A stretch of DNA of 62,812 nucleotides, the filler included, from Vannella sp. (taxonomy: Eukaryota): assembly GCA_023345925.1 (NCBI GenBank). It is 7 parts of 7 records of this genome, joined end to end, with 100 filler letters (N's around TTAATTAATTAA, not from the genome) between each part and the next. Parts side by side here need not be neighbours in the genome. Positions count along the whole stretch, not along the records: positions 20,669 to 30,247 come from JAJQQN010001055.1; positions 30,348 to 42,193 come from JAJQQN010000470.1; 5 more parts are not named here. One strand, given 5' to 3'. A model generated the notes under the pieces. The model made no database searches and was not told the origin of the DNA. It saw only the letters and a list, made by a program, of their open reading frames with translations. Below are positions 23,270 to 36,400 of this stretch, piece after piece (the stretch's first letter is position 1; each line of letters opens with the position of its first letter). A program made the position numbers and the translations under genes.

Positions 23270-24848
23270 TCAATAATTCATTTCTGTTTGAATTGATGGA
23301 CTGGTCCTGGAACGGTCTGACCTTCTTCTTGGCGAAGAGGAGCCGAGAAGACGTGTCGAACGGGAAGTGCTTGATCGTCGGGATCGGGAAGGTGACTTGC
23401 GTGGGGACACTTCAGGTTTAGGTGTTGTCCCAGTCCTTGAGGACGAAGCGGCTTTCTTCTTTGCTGGCTCGTCAGGGTCCTCTATTTTGACTCCGCGGGC
23501 TATCTTTGACAGGTTCACGTCGAAGATGAACTTCAATGGACCAATCTACCCTCCAACTAGTGAGTGGGGCGACAGGAGGGGAGAGGAGAGCGCTTCCGCA
23601 CCTCAAGGAAGCTGAAATGTACGAGAGAGCAGCGGCTACTGGGTGACACAGGCTGTCCATTGACATAGAACGATGTCTTCCCTGTGTTCTCTATCTCAAA
23701 ACGGCCAGAACGCGAGCGCAGAGTGATCCGTGCATGGGAACGGGAGATACCTTTGGCGTAGCCCTCCAAAGAGAGATCTATATCAGGAGAGAAGGACGTA
23801 GTTGCACGTCCTAGTGTGACGCTCTGCTTGTGCAGATAGGAGCGAGAGTGGCTTCCTCGCAACAGCGCAAAAGCGTCACCCCAATGAGCGGATCGGTTCA
23901 TAAGGAGCTCGATACGCTCCATCTCCTCCTTGTCTCGCATCGCCTTGCGAAGGTAAGATACCTTCAGACGTTTCAGGTCCTGGGGAGCTTGGTACTCCAC
24001 GTACTCGACCAGAGGATAAGGCAATCCACTTCCCTGTGCCCCGCGCTCTTCAATCTCTGCAGCCTCTAGTCCTTGAATAGGAAAGTACGGGACTCGAGAG
24101 GTCTGAGGTGTGAACAGGCTTGGCAAAGGACTGGAAGGATGCGGCGCTGTGAGAAAGTCGTCCGTGCCCAACCGTCGAACGCGCTTCAGAATGTCTGCAT
24201 GTGCTTGCAGAGAGCGGGCTGTACGAGTGGAATGAAACTGAGAGCGAAAGGACTCCAAAACCTCCTGAAAGTCGACTTCCACATGACGCAAGATGAAGCC
24301 TCGGAGGATCTCCTCCTCTGCCTCCGTCCAAGGCACCTGATCAGAAGCTTTAGGTAGCTTTGCAAGCCTGGCACCAGCATCCTGTGAGTAGATAGGATGA
24401 AACAGCAAAGCCAGCCAGCGCGCTTCAACTTCTTCGGGGCAGAAGTTATGAGCAAAGCGAACGTTCCTGGACACTACATGGTAGTCTCCCATAGTCTGCA
24501 TCCCTTCTTTGAGTAGCAGATCATCTGTAGGCTGAAGGACAAGATCAGACGCCAGTTGGTTCACTTCCCCGAGGGGAAATGCTCACCGTCCATAGGTAGA
24601 AGGAGCTCTCGTAAGCCTTAACCTTATCCTTGATACCTTGGTCATTCTCGCCTCCAGAAACAGGTCCAGTTCGTTGACGTTTGAGCCGTGGGGCGCCATC
24701 CACGCTCGACCGCCCGTCCTCCTATCCCTCCCTCATCAGCCTCCTCCCACCGCTGAACGAACCAACTCACCTCGGCCACACGCTTCCCTCGCACCTCCAT
24801 CCCCGTTGAGTCCTCCACCCCCAATGCCTCTTCCAACGGCTCGCTCAT
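23270..24848 (-). CDS. MCRS1: Microspherule protein 1-like (MCRS N-terminal domain + FHA)
   Basis: DDLLL..V.F...F..EEVEARWLALL and WTEAEEEIL; FHA LGRAT..DIDLSLEG..ISRSHARI..YVNG; spliced. Confidence 0.85.
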
Positions 24849-24966
24849 CGAAAAAGTGCTGACAAGCGACAGTTGGTCGACCCCTTCGCCCTCTCTCTAA
24901 TCCTCGAGGCAACAAAGAAGCGCTAAAAAATGAGATTTTAGGGCATTTATTGGGACTCCGGGGGCG

Positions 24967-26356
24967 ATGGCGAGGTTGGGGTGGCTTGGTGTGTGGCTGG
25001 TGGTCTGCTTGTTGGGTTATGGACAGTGCCAAGTGGTGTGGGACTCTTATTCTCAGCCGGTGGCGCTGTCTGAGGGGCAGGCGCATGTGATACAGTGTGT
25101 GAATGAGCCGTTGGAGATGGTGACGCACTTGTGGTCCTATCGGCATGTACAAATCGAGACGTATGAGCCTGTATGTGTATCTGTAATGAGGGAGGGCCTT
25201 TGGATCTAACGTTAGAGCAGATGCAGTTCCATGTGTTCCTCTCAAACAGCAAAGGGGAGCTGATGGCGGTCTTACAGGATCCCGTTTCCCTTCCCCAGCA
25301 CCCCAAAGTGCAGGAAGTCACTTGTTCATCGATCTTTCAAAGCGCCTCGTTCTTGACAGAGTGCCACTTTGACATAACCTTCTATGGGGAGTCAGAATAT
25401 GGTTGGATCCCTGGCTTTGACCGCTTCTTCACCTCCCCTGCGGACACCTTCATCGCTCTTCATGTTCCAGCGGATGCTGCGCTTACAGATCGAGCTCTCT
25501 TTACTTTCTCTGTCAAGACAATTGATCGAAGGGAGCGCTCCTTCACTCTACTCCTTCTGGGACTGTTTGCCTACTCCTTCTCCACCGTCCTCAGTCGCTC
25601 TGTGAAGCTCTACTTGCTGTTCTGGACGCTAGCAGGGGCCTTCGTGGGTTTGCTAAGCATCATGGCGTTCATTGTCTACTTTGGATCGCGAACCGTCAGC
25701 AGAGGAGTTGGCATCACCAATCTTCTATTGATGACTACAGCAGGCTGGGCCTCGATGTACTACGTCAATCTCATACCTACAGGATACGACATTCTCCAAA
25801 ACAAGTAGGAAATAGCCCAGGACAGTGCCAGAGCTAATAATCGAACAGATTCTGGATGGCTTGCATGGCAGTGGGGGGAGTTATTGGGCTCTGGTACGGA
25901 TATACAGCGGGATTGTCTCCTTTACAACGAGCCAGAATGGCACTCATGCTGAAGGTACTCTCTCTGATAACCATATTCTGGAGCTTCTATCAAGTGGAGA
26001 CAAGTTTGCTCATTTGCGGGCTCGTTTTGTCTGGTTTGCCTTCTCAGTTGTTGAATAAGCTGCTGGGAGGAGCCTTCAACATCACAGAGGAAAATGTGGA
26101 TATGTTAGAGGGAGAAACCATGCAGCAATGGGCAGAGCGAAAGAAGAAAATGTCACAAGAAGAGGCTTCTCTTCGGCACTATCGGGAGCAGCCTCACCTC
26201 CTGGCTCACCTCTCCTCCTTGGATCGAGAGCGTTATCTTGACCAACTAGATGATAGCCATCTTCGCATAGTCTATGGAGGACTGGAGGAGCTGGAGTCCT
26301 GTGACGAGGAGACTGAAAACTCGGAAGGTCATTCTGACCTCGACCTCGATGATTGA
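24967..26356 (+). CDS. Signal-peptide multi-pass membrane protein, NEMP-like
   Basis: Signal peptide, luminal domain, about 5 TM segments beginning 'STVLSRSVKLY', acidic tail; two introns; family call tentative. Confidence 0.5.
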
Positions 26357-26362
26357 GCCTCT

Positions 26363-27583
26363 TTATTGAGCCCGCTTTGAGTTCGTCTTGATTCCTTTCA
26401 TCCCCGATTGTAACAAAAGGTGTTCCATCACGATATCCAAGTTACTCAGCAAGATTTCCGCCGCTTCGCCCCAACCGTCATATGTGACTGGAGTGGGCGA
26501 CTGGGTGGATTGGGAAGCTGACAGCTCTTTCATTAAGAGTGCGATAGCTTCTAGTGTACTGATTCTCTCTTCAACATCGCTCTTCTGCCGCGCAGTGAAG
26601 CGGGAGCGATAACCAGTTATTGAGGATTGGGCGAGCTGGATCTCGGGTATGTGGGCTAGGATAGGGCTGTGGCGCATTCTACGAGCCTCTCTCCATGTTC
26701 CGTCTAGAACTACTACCGTAATAGGGTTACGAAGTGCGCCAGGAAGTCGTTCCACGGGCAGGTCAGACTCGAGAGTCTTTCTCACACATTGCGAGAGCTC
26801 TGCTGAGTCAAACGCTGTCTCTGAAGGGAAGAGAACAAAGGTTTGTGTTGAGTTCTTCAATAGCTCCTCCAACTCCTCGCTGTGGGCTGCTCTCCTCGTG
26901 ATCAGACACCTGCGCGCCCTTGGTCCGCCTTCTTTACCTACCAGGATGGGCAAAGAGCAAGGTACGGCAGCAGTCTGATGGCAATGAGCGACTCAGTATC
27001 TTCACAGTGTTCGAGGCGCTGCGGAACTCGTTGTAGTGCATGTAAAGGACGAGGTTGATCGGCAAAGGTGTCTTGATCGAGGAGACTGCCGTACAGCTGC
27101 AGTAACGGGGGTACAACCAGCATGCTGGGCACTGCCCCGACTTTCTAAGATCAGGAGACTCCAGTGGTAAGCCCACGGGATGCCTGCGCAGCTTCCCAAA
27201 GCTTTTCCCCCAAACCGACTGGAGCATCCGCCTCTCCAAGCGCTCTTCTTCTGGCAGTGACTGGATCAGCTGCTGGAACTTCTTCAAGTCCCTGCAGTAC
27301 TCCGTGGCCTTGAGTGGATGCTCCTCCAGAGCCATAATCGCTTGGAAGCCGGCGTCCATCTCACTCAGCGCCATCTTCCGAATGCCTCCACAGCTTTCTC
27401 CCGCCCAATTGTCTTCGCTCAACAGTGCTGGAACTTCTGTTCCATCTCCTGTCACTTGCGTTAAAGAATCTCCTTTTCGGGAAAGTCTTAGATGGCGGAG
27501 CGCGTTGTCTTCCAGGGAGACTTCCTTTGTTCATGGTAGATCTCACTCTTATCATGAAGAGTGGCAGGAACTGGAAGGTCCAT
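26363..27583 (-). CDS. DTW-domain tRNA aminocarboxypropyltransferase-like protein
   Basis: CxxC..CxC, HYNE..SNT, LFPS, LDGTWREAR, STLEA; intron 26941-26887 restores frame; start uncertain. Confidence 0.88.
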
Positions 27584-27722
27584 CTGCTGAGTGCTAAGAG
27601 AAAACCAAACTTGAAGTCTGACAGCGGACTCAGAGATGGCGGTGTGAAGTGAATAGCCCGTTTAGTGTCAAAGTGGTTTCAATGAGTGTTGGTGTGAGGA
27701 TGCGTTGGGCGTGATGAAAGGG

Positions 27723-29187
27723 TTATTGGACCTTTAGGGTGAAATTGCGGATCTTCCAGGGACCTTCCCATTGGCCTTTGAGGAAGCTCTTCCAGTACAA
27801 GGTGGGAAGAGCGTAGGCCTTAATCAAGAAGTTAGCTGTAGAGGGTTGACTCTGATCCCAAGGAAGAGTCTCTTGAGGCTGGAGGTCGTAATTGAACTCT
27901 GCGATGATGGCTTTGCCATTTCCCACTGGAAGAGGGCACGAAGTGTATCCATCATAGATTGGTCCTTCTCCAGCCACAAAGTTAGGGAACTGGTTCGAGC
28001 TTTCCAGGTCCCCAGAAACCTCTTTGGTCTTCAGATACTTTCCGGCACGGAAACGGACAACAGGAACCTGAGCAGCCACCGCTGCCATTGTCTTGCTTGT
28101 TGGGAGGTTCGAAGAGTCCCCAAGCCCAAAAACATTGGGATACTTCACATGCTGGAGTGTCTGCTTATGGACATCCACAAAGCCAGCAGCATCAGTAAGT
28201 CCACTCTCCTTCAAGAACGCAGGAGCACTCATCGGTGGGACAGCATGCAAAAAGTCATACTTCAAAGTCACCTGCTCCCCAAGCGCGTAATCAGCTTTGG
28301 CAAAAGCCGGGTTCACTTGGAACACTGCTTCGTTGGACTTAGGCCGGACTTCGACCAAGTTGAATCCGTGATGACGGACGATCTTTTTCTCGTCACAAAG
28401 CTTCTCCTATAAGAGATTGAACATATTAGATCAGTCAAGTGAACTTCCAGAGGAGAGGGAGGGAAGGAGAGGAACTTACGAGGGCAAGTCGATACTTGTC
28501 GACAGCGAAGATCTTCTCAATGGCAGAGGTGAATCGGGTGGTGAAGTTCAGACTCTTCTCCTTCCAAGCGGCGTGTGCCAAGTACATGATCTTCTGGGGA
28601 GCTCCAGCGCACTTGACCGGGCCTGTGGGGAACGAAAAACACGCTTCTCCGCCTTTGAACTCGTCCACAAGTCGCGCTGTCTTCTGGCAGTAGTCGTAGG
28701 AGTAGTTGCTGCACACAGGGGAGTTGGGATCGTCCAGGGCTTCGCGTAATCCCTTGATTTGGTCAAAGTTGACCTCAAGACCGGTTGCTACAACTAGGAG
28801 GTCGTAGCGGATACGCTCTCCACTCTCCAGGATGACCTGGTTAGCGTTGGGATCAACAGAAGTGACCCGGTCCACAATCAGATCGGCTCCATGAGGGATA
28901 AGAGAGCGAGTCTCTTTCCTCGAGCTCTCCGCGGAGCAGCCAGGAGTAGACCCTCCAACAAGAGTCCACAATGGCTGGTAGTAGTGGTACTCAGAAGGTT
29001 CAATGATCCCGAAGGACAGCTTTTCACCAGACTGACGAATCGGAGCAGTCGCGTGGTCCAGCCAGTTGCTGGCCAAGCCAACCCCGGCCGATCCACCACC
29101 AACAATCAGTACATCAAACTGTCTTGCTGCCAAGGCACAGTAACCGCGCGCTCCAAACCCACCAAGCCGAGACACTCGAGCCAACAT
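27723..29187 (-). CDS. SQOR: Sulfide:quinone oxidoreductase, mitochondrial
   Basis: Presequence, IVGGGSAG, HYYQPLWTLVGG, KCAGAPQKIMYL, PTSKTMAA, YDGYTSCP; one intron. Confidence 0.95.
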
Positions 29188-29900
29188 GAGACCCAGAAAG
29201 TGGGGAAATGCGATCCTTCATTTCCCCTTCATTTCCCTCTCGAAGCAAAGCCAATGCACAAATGAGCTTGGGCCCCCTTTTCCCTGCTGTTGGGATGAAG
29301 AGTTTACCGTCCCTACAAAGGGAGATGGAGTTATCTATCTTTTGGAGGGAGCGGCTGGCTGTGCGTGCTGATAGTCGGGTTCGCATTAACGATAGTGACC
29401 GAATATCCGGCACCAACATCACTCCTTTCCCGTGGAAAATGGAAGGAATCCAGTTTCCGCCACCTCCCGGATAAATGAAGGACCCAAACCTTGATTCATG
29501 GCGATTGTGCCATAGAGTCAGGTGGCGTTTAGCTGTTTTAAGAAGATGTGGTTTCCCTTGACTCCAAGTGAATTTCAGAGAGCGGACCCTTACCAATTCA
29601 GTTTTTGTGCTTTGGTTGGTACGAAGAACGAAGAGCTCCCAGTATTCAGCGCTTCGCTTGTGACTCTTTGGCTACTTCATCTAACTTGTGTCGAAGGGTT
29701 TTCACTCAACTTCTTCAACCACTCCAAAGGACTCAACGATCCTTCCAACATCCAATGGGATAGGGGCGTGGGCACGATGAGATGGCCATCCCTCGCCGGG
29801 AAGATGCCGGTTTTAGACCATTCGTAGTGAGGAAGCAGAGTGAATGGAGTAGTTAGTCATGTATTAGTTCGTGTCAAGGGAGATCAAAGGCGTGAGAATC

Positions 29901-30247
29901 TCAGTTCTTTGATTTGTAGTGAGCTTGGCGACAGAGCGCCAATGCCTCTTGGTCCTTTTCCTCCAATTGAAGGTCCTGGATGGAAAGGAACAGCAGCGCC
30001 CCACGCCCAGAAGCACCTGTCTTTCGGATGATGTCGGCAGTCACCTGCTTGAAGCCATTCTCATTCAAGAAGCTCGCCATCTCCTCAGCAGTCTCACAGT
30101 CACAAATAGCACATTCATGTCCCGCATAGGGGAGCTTTCCCTTTTCAAGCCGATCTCTCGTATAGAGAACCACAATCTGCTGGTCCTTTGGCAGCGCCCA
30201 GACCATCGATTCCACTTCACTGTCTCCATATGAAAGCAAGTCCGCGC
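29901..30247 (-). CDS. Hypothetical protein, 5'-truncated
   Basis: Open frame running into the gap with protein-like composition; no family recognised. Confidence 0.5.
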
Positions 30248-30588
30248 NNNNNNNNNNNNNNNNNNNNNNNNNNNNNNNNNNNNNNNNNNNNTTAATTAAT
30301 TAANNNNNNNNNNNNNNNNNNNNNNNNNNNNNNNNNNNNNNNNNNNNGAAACTGATTGTTCAGGCTATCGCGGACCGTGTCGCATAGTTACCCCCAGCCA
30401 CCCTTCACCACCCACTTCAGACGCTGGTCAATGAAATCTAATGTTCCCCGCCAGTCAATGATAACAATAGTAACACTGGGCCATGACGATCTCATTGGCT
30501 AACCGAACCCATAATCAGCAACCACCATGATCAGATCTCGATTATCGCGATGGTTCAGATTTATATTGTGGGACTGATATACCCTTGT

Positions 30589-31644
30589 TCAAAAGAGACT
30601 CCCGACAGGCTTGAGACCTTGCTCCTTGCGCCAGTCGACGTATTCTAACTCCAAATGTTGAAGGTACTTCTTCTGCTCAAGCTCCTCTTCGGAAAGCTTC
30701 ATGAGAACGGGGAATGCGCGCGACAGTACGAAGGCGCTTCGTGTGGCCCAGTGCACGAGAACCTCCCCGGAAGACCTGGGTGTGATTGAGGAGATGGTCT
30801 CGGCCAGAAGGGCGCTGGCTTCCTCGGGAGAGAGAATCTTTTCCTGTTGGAGGGTTTGGACCTTCTGCTCGAGCAAGAAGCGCATTAGCTTGTAGTTTGA
30901 GAGGGATGTGAAGCGTTCATGGATGTAGTAGATGCTGGCACCAAGTATTGTGGCCACTGCCGTGTTCAGGAGGAAGGTACCAGCAGCGGGAAGGACCATC
31001 CAGCCTATTATGCACGTTGCCAGGACCTCGTGGTGGAGTGAGAGAGGCTTTTGGAACTCCCTTCGAGAAGCCCCTTCTCTCAGGCCACAGTTAAGGTCGA
31101 AGGGACTCTCTTTGACGAGTTCTGTCCTGGTGATGATGCCTAACTTTGGATACCAGTGAGTGAGAGCAAGGAAAGGGGACAGAGAGCTAACCTCTCTATG
31201 TAGAATATCGTTAATGATCAGTTGGTAAGCCACAGAGGAGCGTGGGTTGCGATCCTCGCGAGAAGGATCAATGGGCTCCTTGTACAGAGGCGAGTTAAGG
31301 GCCCGTTGCACGACAGAGGGAAGCGAAGGCGTTGTAGGCTGGCTCAGTTTGATAACCTCTCGGTTAAACCCGTAAATAGCCCCCAAAAAGGCCGCCGCAC
31401 CAGTGGAAAAGAGGCTCACCGCTCCTGGAGACACCTGTTGCAGCGCCTTTAAGCGCCCTGTCCTCGTTGCAAAGGCAAACGTCCCCACTGTAGCTATCCC
31501 TACAACACTTGCGGACACAACTGACCCCAGCAGAGAGCTCCTGAGAAGGGTGTTCCCCACCAAAGGCGCGGGGTCGTCTCGCAGCACCAGAACCATGAAA
31601 ATGACCTTCCCTGAGGTCAGATTCGCGGTTGGAGAGGTCATTGG
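30589..31644 (-). CDS. Hypothetical membrane protein
   Basis: Long intronless ORF with two small-residue-rich TM hairpins; start uncertain; divergent from ASH2L. Confidence 0.6.
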   Translation of the reverse strand, partial: PMTSPTANLTSGKVIFMVLVLRDDPAPLVGNTLLRSSLLGSVVSASVVGIATVGTFAFATRTGRLKALQQVSPGAVSLFSTGAAAFLGAIYGFNREVIKLSQPTTPSLPSVVQRALNSPLYKEPIDPSREDRNPRSSVAYQLIINDILHREVSSLSPFLALTHWYPKLGIITRTELVKESPFDLNCGLREGASRREFQKPLSLHHEVLATCIIGWMVLPAAGTFLLNTAVATILGASIYYIHERFTSLSNYKLMRFLLEQKVQTLQQEKILSPEEASALLAETISSITPRSSGEVLVHWATRSAFVLSRAFPVLMKLSEEELEQKKYLQHLELEYVDWRKEQGLKPVGSLF

Positions 31645-31669
31645 GTGAAGGGAAAGCGTTCCAGGCCTG

Positions 31670-33399
31670 ATGGGCGACTTGGAGGTTCGAGTTGGCGGGG
31701 CTTTGGTGGCCAATGAAGGTGTTGTGGAGTCGGTGGAGGATCACAAAGAGAGGCGGTCGAGGAGGGGTGTCTGTCAGTGCCAGGCGGAGGTGGAGATGGA
31801 CTTTGTCGCTCGGTTGATGGCAAATGAGGGTGTCGAGGTGCTCCTCCCCCTTCCTGGCGACTCCCACTATCAGATAAACGTATGTAAAGCTTGTTGTGGG
31901 GGTCTGATGGACCTCCAGCTCCTCCCTCGATCGTGGAAGGATGTGATTGAGATCGTCTTGGTCAGCTTGCGCCACACAGCCCAGCAGCGGGAGGTGGCTT
32001 TCCTGTTTCGAGAGGACATATGCAAGTTCATACTAGAGAACTGGCGGCGGATCTGTCCAGACAAGGTACCAGCCTCGAACAACCCCTCCGCACGTGCCGT
32101 TTGCTCATTCCTCCACAGACACAGGGAGACGGATGGGAATATGAGGCAATGAGGTCTCTCAAAGAGAACCCAGACCAGTTTGGATACGTCACGGGCCCTT
32201 CTGGGGCTGATTGCAAGTGGTACTCCAAACTACCAGAGAGTTTGCGGGTTCTGGAGGACTTGGCTCTGCTCTTCTCACTTCCAAAACAAGATCCTTCAAG
32301 TGCTAGACCTGTAAAGAAGCGAAAGCGTTCCGTATCTCGCGATCGGAAGGAATCTCCAACAAGTCCTTCTCAGTCAGGCACAGAATCAGCTTTGCAGCAG
32401 CCTGGCTCATCCTTGTGGCCCCCTGTTCTCAAGAAGTACTCTCCCTCTTCGAAGATTCCACTTACTCAACGTTTGGAACCGACAAACTCGGCCTCACAAG
32501 TCATTCTGATTCAAAAGGTGACTTAGACTTTTCTTGTGCCGGTTGGGCCTCACACTTTCGGTCCCTAGGGAATGGAGTGCCAATGCAATAGCGGTTATCG
32601 AATGGCTCGAGCAGCTTGGCCAATCAACGAGCCAGGTGCCTTCTACTTTGAGGTCACACTCGCAAGTGACTTTGTGGGGGGAATACGGTAGACTTTGCCC
32701 GGTCTCTAACGAGCGTGTCTTCTTACGTTCAACAGAGTAGGATGGGGTACTGAGCGTGGGGAGCTGCAAGGACCAGTGGGATACGACAGGTTCAGTTTCA
32801 GTTACCAAGCAAAGAATGGACAAGTTTTCCATTCTGCCCGAGGAAGACCTTACGGCGAGCCTTTTGGAGCAGGTGACATTGTGGGGTGTCTATTTTATGG
32901 GACCAATGATCTTGAAGAAAGACAAGTGGAGTATGTGAAGGAGGCTCCTGTCTGGAGCAAGAAGGACCCGCGATGGGCGAAGCCAGTTCCCATTTTCTCG
33001 AAGAAAGAAGAGCGTGACACTAATCATGATATCATGCGGGGGAGCTTCATAAGATTCTACAAGAATGGCCAACCGGTAGCGGACTCTCCTGCATTCGAGG
33101 ACATTCCGGCAGGCAATTACTATGCAGCTGTCAGCCTCTTTATGGGAGGCCGCTGCTCTTTGAACTTTGGACCCAATTTCTCGTCTCTCCCAGTTCTATC
33201 AGACAAAGAAAAGGGTTTGCGACCTATTCGACCGCTCTCTTCTGTTGTTCCCTCTGAACACCCTGTTGACCAATCAGTGGACTCCATAGCGTTAGCACTT
33301 CCTCCAACGGATGCGATGGAAGGTGCCGTCCATGACTCAGATACTAAGGAAGTGGGACCAGAACCTGAAAATTCCAATTCTGTGGCTGTATCGGAATAG
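31670..33399 (+). CDS. ASH2L: ASH2L/Bre2-like COMPASS subunit (winged helix + SPRY), spliced
   Basis: W.DVIEIVL..EDICKFILENW; SPRY GYDRFSFSY..G.VFH..G.PY..F..GDIVG, GS.I.FYKNG, YYAAVSLF..NFGPNF. Confidence 0.85.
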
Positions 33400-33471
33400 G
33401 AGGTCTCCTTCAAGTCGAGATATAAAGTCACGGTTTAGTCCAAGGAGATATATACAAGTAGGCTCTTCTTC

Positions 33472-36400
33472 TTATAAGAACCTAACACCAGACATAGCCG
33501 AAGAGTGGTAAATGGCAACAACGCCGTCCGTGTCACCGGCTGCCAGAATAGGTTGGATGCTGTCAAACGAACAGTGTGAGAAAGAAGTGTGACACTTTGT
33601 CTGACTTACGGATGGAACTGAAGGCAAGATACTGCTCCAATTCGCTGACCCAGATACTTGGAAGAATACTACGAAGGCCAGTAAGACATAGCACAACTAA
33701 CTGGAGACGTAGCTCACCTTGATATCGTTAAGGCGTTGCCCATTGTGATTGGTGACTTTGATAGTTTGATTGAGGGTTCCTCTGTTTTCCGACAAGTCAG
33801 AGGGAGACAAGGGAGGTCTAAAACTTACGTGGCGATAATGGGCACTTGTCGGTGGACAGCCAAAGAAGCCATGTTGGTCTTAGAATGAGCTTGGATCACG
33901 TCAACGCTGTCACTTGTTCGCATATCGAAGAAGCGAACATCTCCTGCTTCTGAGCCAGCAACAATACGGACAGAATCAAACATCATCTCAACCCCAATAA
34001 GTGGTTTCGTGGACTCATTCCATTGTTTCACCAGGGAAGAGCGCGAAGCCAGGCGACAGTCGAAGACTCGGACTCCACCTTCCGCATCACCGGCAACTAC
34101 GAGGGGACCGCTGGGCCTTTCTTGTGCCAGACAAGTGATGGCTTCTGTGGTTCCAGTGGGGATATCTTGGACAGCAATACCGTGGTCGACATCCCACATC
34201 CGCATAATTGGCCACTCGCCAGCAGTGAGGACCACACCATCGACCTGTTTCCAAAGGTGGCGCATCGCGGGTGCTGCACTGCTTGAGGCAGCGTGAGCGC
34301 GCCAGGCAGTTACGAGTGTAGGTGCAGGTAAAGGTTGATAATAAGTGGACCACAGCCGCATAACACCATCCGAGGAAGAGACAAGGAGCATGTCCGTCTC
34401 TTCCATCTCATTCACGACACTCATGGAGCTAATTGTACTCCCTGCTGCGTTCCCATTCGGGAATTTACTTGCTAAAGTCTTGTCTTTCCAGTCCCACACC
34501 CGAATGCAGTCCCCAACACAAGGTGCTGCAGCTACCACTGGGTAGAAGGGGTGCACCATCATCGAGGCAACTTGGAAAGTGTCGTCAGAGAGAGTAGAGA
34601 ATTGAGTTTCAATCTTGGCAGCTGACACTTCCACTTTGGCTTCTTCCATTTGGTCCAGAAGGCGACTCATCTTTCCCTGTTTCCATTTGCGAGCGAGACT
34701 TCGCTCTTCTGAATGGCTGCTGTGGTCAAGGCAAGGCTGATTGAACCCCTCGCAAGCCCGATGAAAGAGAGCCGAGCTTCTACCGCTGCGAATAATCGCA
34801 CGAGGGCTTACCGAGTTGCGGTGATCACCAGCACTGCTTGTTCCGTGGTCTGTTGGAGAAAGACCAGTACTTCGACGAGATGAATTCATGTTGAGTTGAT
34901 GTAGGGGCGGCTGCAGGAACGAGGAAGAGGGAGTTCTAGAATGTCCCGTGCTTGGCTTGCGCCAGCCTTGGGCTATCTGTTGGCGAATTGATTTGTGTTC
35001 TCCTGTGTAAGGTGAACCAGGCGGGAGATTGTTTACAGAAGAAGGGTAAAGGTGACTGATATGGAGAAGATGAGAATGAAGAGCCTCGACCTGGTCTGGA
35101 GTAGCACCGCTTCCTTCTCGAAGCAGGTCAGAAGTGGCTCGTGAATAAACGCGTACAATAACCTTGTTGGCGGCCGAAGCGAGGATTGGCATCGGGTCAA
35201 ACTGAAGAGAATAAAGAACTCTCCATAATCGGCCAAAGTCCGAAGCAGAGACTTCTCTCAAAGTCGCTTTCTCAGCCTCAGATACTTGCCAAACCTCCAG
35301 CTTGGCAGTAGCAACGGCAACCAAGTCAAAGTTGGGCTGGTACAAAGCCACTAAATGGGTCAAAGCGGTAACTAGTTCAGTTCGAACACTTGGGCAAATG
35401 TCTGCTGCCATTGGCTTCATGCTCATGGCAAGATCCAACTCGGAGTCATCAATGGAAGGGCCCGCGGCGATAAAGGCTCCAATTGAAAACAACGCAGCGC
35501 CTCGGTTCTTCGCTTCGGTATCGTGCATGCGCTGTAAGAACAGTTGCTGCACATTGGCAGAGGCTGCCAAAGATCTTTTGACACTCTCGTTGTCTTCCAC
35601 CACTTTCCCTAAACAGATTAGAGTCCAAAAGCGAAGCTCTGATTGCGAGTGAGTCAGAAGAGAGGCACAGATGGGTACGATGCTAGCTTTAAGACAGGCC
35701 ACTTGCCCAACAGGGTAATGGTCCATAATCACCGCCAGGATAAAGGCAGAGCGAATGCGGTCTTCCATCTTGTGGTCATTGGAAGAGAGAATCTTCAAAA
35801 AGAAGAGATGCGCGTCTGCTTTCACTAAATCTTCCTGCAAAGAATGGTCAGCTGCAACTAGCTTTGTCCAAATGAAGATAAGCAGTCCAGCAGAAGGACC
35901 CGTCGCACGAGCGAGCAATCGAAGTACATAATGGAAGATGCCAATGGCGAGAGAAAGATTAACAGCCCAAACACCCAAATCTAAAAACTGCTGGAATAGC
36001 TCGAGCGCGCGCAGGCGATGAGCAGGAGAAAGGAGCGCCTGCAAGACGACTGGAAGCTCGCGAGGGTGCTTGGCCCGCTGATCTCCCGGGAAAGCCAACC
36101 AAACCTCAAAGGCAATTAAATGGTCCTCAAAAAAGCTGCTAGACTTCCACGCTCCTGGCTGCCGAACTACCCGAGGGAGCTGCTCCAGACTATGGTCCAG
36201 TACCTGGTCCCATGTGTTCCACATAGGGTGGTGTTGGGTGGATGGAAGAGCCGGGTAGCTTTGTGGTGAGCATTGAGCATCTCTTAGTAGCTTATCTGCC
36301 AATAAGAAGTTGCGGAAGAACCCTGCCACGACGGGATCCTCCCGGAAAAGCTTCTGAAAGAGGGCTGGCTCCACGCACTCCCATGCTATAGCCTCTGTGA

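Noticed and set aside
29270..29830. Short ORFs between SQOR and the truncated gene (likewise 3100-3500 and 9560-10150)
   Set aside because: No consistent frame, motif or splice model could be supported
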